From Longimicrobiales bacterium (GTDB lineage Bacteria > Gemmatimonadota > Gemmatimonadetes > Longimicrobiales > Gaopeijiaceae), in assembly GCA_965218295.1 (NCBI GenBank), contig CBDCKN010000005.1, positions 32,001 through 96,000 on the forward strand: 64,000 bases of DNA, given 5' to 3'. The position numbers were made by a program, and so were the translations under genes. The notes beneath the pieces were generated by a model. The model saw only the letters and a program-made list of their open reading frames with translations, was not told the origin of the DNA and did not search any database. Numbering within the stretch: position 1 is the stretch's first letter; each line of letters begins with the position of its first letter. Below, one piece after another: positions 61,836 to 64,000 of this stretch.

Positions 61836-64000
61836 CTATGCCAGGAAGGGCAGCACGGTCAGTGAGTCCGGATCGAGCCCGGATTCCACGCAAACCTCCT
61901 GGGTCTTCAACATATATGTCTCCGCCTGGGCCGCATCGCCGAGGTCAAGAAATACCGTCCCGAGACCTTCGTAACAAGGAAAGAGGAGCTGGGGATCACC
62001 GATCTCCTCCGCCAGCCCCAGGGCCTCTCGGTAGTAGTTCAGGGCGGGCTCCCATTCGTCGTGGCACTGGTGAATCTGGCCCAGAACGATGAGAGGTACG
62101 GCGAGATGATCGAGCTGGCCGAGCTGTCGATCCAGATCGATGGCCGCCTGAGCCGCATCCCTGCCTTCGTCCTCGCAGCGGTCCGTGAGCGCGCAGTACG
62201 CCGCCGCCAGGTTGGCCTGAAGGTGCGACTGGAGACCCAGATCCCCGATCTTCGTCGCCGTCTCGAGCCCGCTCACACAGGTGTCGATGGCCCGCTGGGG
62301 ATTCAGGGTGCTGTAGAGAACTCCCAGGTTGGCCAGCCCCCTGCATGCCACCTGGAGGAGGTCATGCTCCTGGGCGACCTCTACACTCTGCTCGATGTGT
62401 GAGACCGCCTCCTCCATGCGATCCATACGAGCCATGGCTATTCCGAGCGTGTTGTGCGTATGCGAGATGGCCTCGGCGGTCTTCTTGCGCGACTCTCCGT
62501 TGGCGTCGCCGTCCTCCGGTGGTAAGCGGTCCTCCAGCGCCTTGGCCTGATCGAGCGCCTGGCTCGCCCACTCGGTCGCGGCCTGAGAATCTCCGCTCCG
62601 GAAGGCGAGTCGGCCCATTTCCTGAAGGAGATACGCGCGCTCGATGTGATCCTGGTCGAGCAGTGCCAGGCCCATCTCGAACGCCCCGGTGGCCCCAGCG
62701 GGGTCACCACCCTCCCAGTGCAACCCTCCCATCTTGCGATGGATCCGGGCCTGGGCGGCTCGGTCCTCCTCCCTCTCAACCGCGGAACGCACCTCTTCGT
62801 AGAACGACAACGCCCGCTCTCGCTGGCCTCGTGATCCCAACAGATCCGCTAGTCGCTCACGGACGATCAGGTTCTCCCCATCGCACGCGCCACACACCTC
62901 CAGGGCCTCCAGCGCCCGGGTGTAATGCCGGATGGCGTCCTCGTTCGCGTAGACGGCACCAGCTCGCTCACCCGCCGCCATCAGGTACCTGACGCCCTTG
63001 ATGCGATCTTCGCTGAGGCCGAAGTGATGCCCGAGGGCCACGAGATCCTTGAGCCGCTGGGGTCCGTGCTCACAGTCGCAAAGCTCCTCCAATGCCCGAC
63101 CAGCCCGCCCGTGCAACTCCGTCCGTCGGGTCATGAGCAGGCTCTCGTACACGACCTCCTGGACCATCGTGTGAGCGAAGCGATACCTGCGGCCCTGGAC
63201 TCCTGCCTCGAGAGCGAGGTCGGGGACCTCCTCCAAGAGCCCCTGGTCCAAGAGCCCCTCCAACGTGGACGGGGCAGTCTCAGGAGACGTACAGACGGCT
63301 CGTAGCAGATCGCCGCCGAAGCCGACACCGAGGACCGCGGCTTCGTGCAGCAGGCGGCGGGCTTCGGTCGGGAGGCGATCGACCCGGGACCGGAGTAACC
63401 CTTGCACCGTGGGCGGCACTTCCGAAGCCGCTCCCTCGCCCGATGGGCAGCTCCAGCCGTCCTCGTCCCGGACGAGGGTGCCGCTCGAGACGAAGCTGCG
63501 CACGATCTCCTCCAGATAGAACGGATGGCCGCCTGCCCGCTCGACGGCCAAGTCTCGCAGTCCCACCGGAATCCTTTCCAGCGAGTCCCCGAAGAACGCC
63601 CCCAGGATGTCTCTGCAATCGCTCGTGGTCAGGTGCTTCAGGCGAACCGTTGCGTGGGCGGCCTTGTTGACGACGAAGGTTCCTCCGTCGAAGTCGGGAC
63701 GATGTGAGAAGAGCATCATCAGGGCTCTTTCCGCCAGGCGATCGACCAAGAAGCGGAGGACCTCCAAGGAGGCGGCGTCTGCCCATTGGAGGTTCTCCAC
63801 TACTAGGATCAGGGGCCCTTGTTCGAGCTGGCGCTCGCAAAGGGCACGAATCGCGAGCAGGATTTGACGCTTGAGCTGCTCCGGCTCCACGTGTCGCAGC
63901 GCCACACCCGTCTCGAGTCCCAGCAGATGGCCCACCATCGGCGAGATCCGTTCGATCTCCTCCTCGCCGGCTCCGAGCGATCTGAGCCCCTGTGCGAGCT
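61836..64000 (-). CDS. STAND-type ATPase with TPR C-terminus (cyclase-AAA-TPR class); 5' part outside the window
   Basis: ENLQWADAAS (Walker B-like), GGHPFYLEE, VPPTVQGLL..RVDRL, YRFAH, TPR repeats; cyclase domain itself not visible. Confidence 0.82.
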   Translation of the reverse strand, partial: LAQGLRSLGAGEEEIERISPMVGHLLGLETGVALRHVEPEQLKRQILLAIRALCERQLEQGPLILVVENLQWADAASLEVLRFLVDRLAERALMMLFSHRPDFDGGTFVVNKAAHATVRLKHLTTSDCRDILGAFFGDSLERIPVGLRDLAVERAGGHPFYLEEIVRSFVSSGTLVRDEDGWSCPSGEGAASEVPPTVQGLLRSRVDRLPTEARRLLHEAAVLGVGFGGDLLRAVCTSPETAPSTLEGLLDQGLLEEVPDLALEAGVQGRRYRFAHTMVQEVVYESLLMTRRTELHGRAGRALEELCDCEHGPQRLKDLVALGHHFGLSEDRIKGVRYLMAAGERAGAVYANEDAIRHYTRALEALEVCGACDGENLIVRERLADLLGSRGQRERALSFYEEVRSAVEREEDRAAQARIHRKMGGLHWEGGDPAGATGAFEMGLALLDQDHIERAYLLQEMGRLAFRSGDSQAATEWASQALDQAKALEDRLPPEDGDANGESRKKTAEAISHTHNTLGIAMARMDRMEEAVSHIEQSVEVAQEHDLLQVACRGLANLGVLYSTLNPQRAIDTCVSGLETATKIGDLGLQSHLQANLAAAYCALTDRCEDEGRDAAQAAIDLDRQLGQLDHLAVPLIVLGQIHQCHDEWEPALNYYREALGLAEEIGDPQLLFPCYEGLGTVFLDLGDAAQAETYMLKTQEVCVESGLDPDSLTVLPFLA

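Overview
High-GC bacterial chromosome segment. Gene content and several lineage-typical hypothetical proteins suggest Gemmatimonadota (inference only). Bases 1-44 kb are a housekeeping block: glutamine-dependent nadE, S41 protease, xerD, dedA, ispF, the DUF177-rpmF-plsX-fabH-fabD-fabG-acpP-fabF cluster, ndk, sucCD, UPF0182, phosphomannomutase, a complete nuoA-N operon, dcd, tag and others. Bases 44-64 kb are an accessory region around tRNA-Arg(UCU), largely a mosaic of gene fragments at abrupt junctions: a broken IS481, a headless beta-helix protein, a tailless SusC-like receptor, and stubs of proline racemase, pilin, kinase-TPR and NACHT genes. A few modules there are intact (diheme cytochrome c plus PQQ dehydrogenase with a DxD lanthanide-type motif, a MaoC-like hydratase, a redoxin next to a STAND-TPR protein). 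Signals absent from the ORF track: (i) a CTAG-bounded ~93-bp MITE-like repeat family whose copies each coincide with a gene's TAG stop codon; (ii) an aminopeptidase N frameshifted by a perfect 3x14-bp tandem repeat; (iii) a cold-shock gene with an amber codon at its conserved Trp; (iv) a Rex/CRP-type palindrome upstream of nuoA; (v) several apparently leaderless promoters. No CRISPR array or rRNA gene was seen. No database searches were run, so novelty is unverified throughout.
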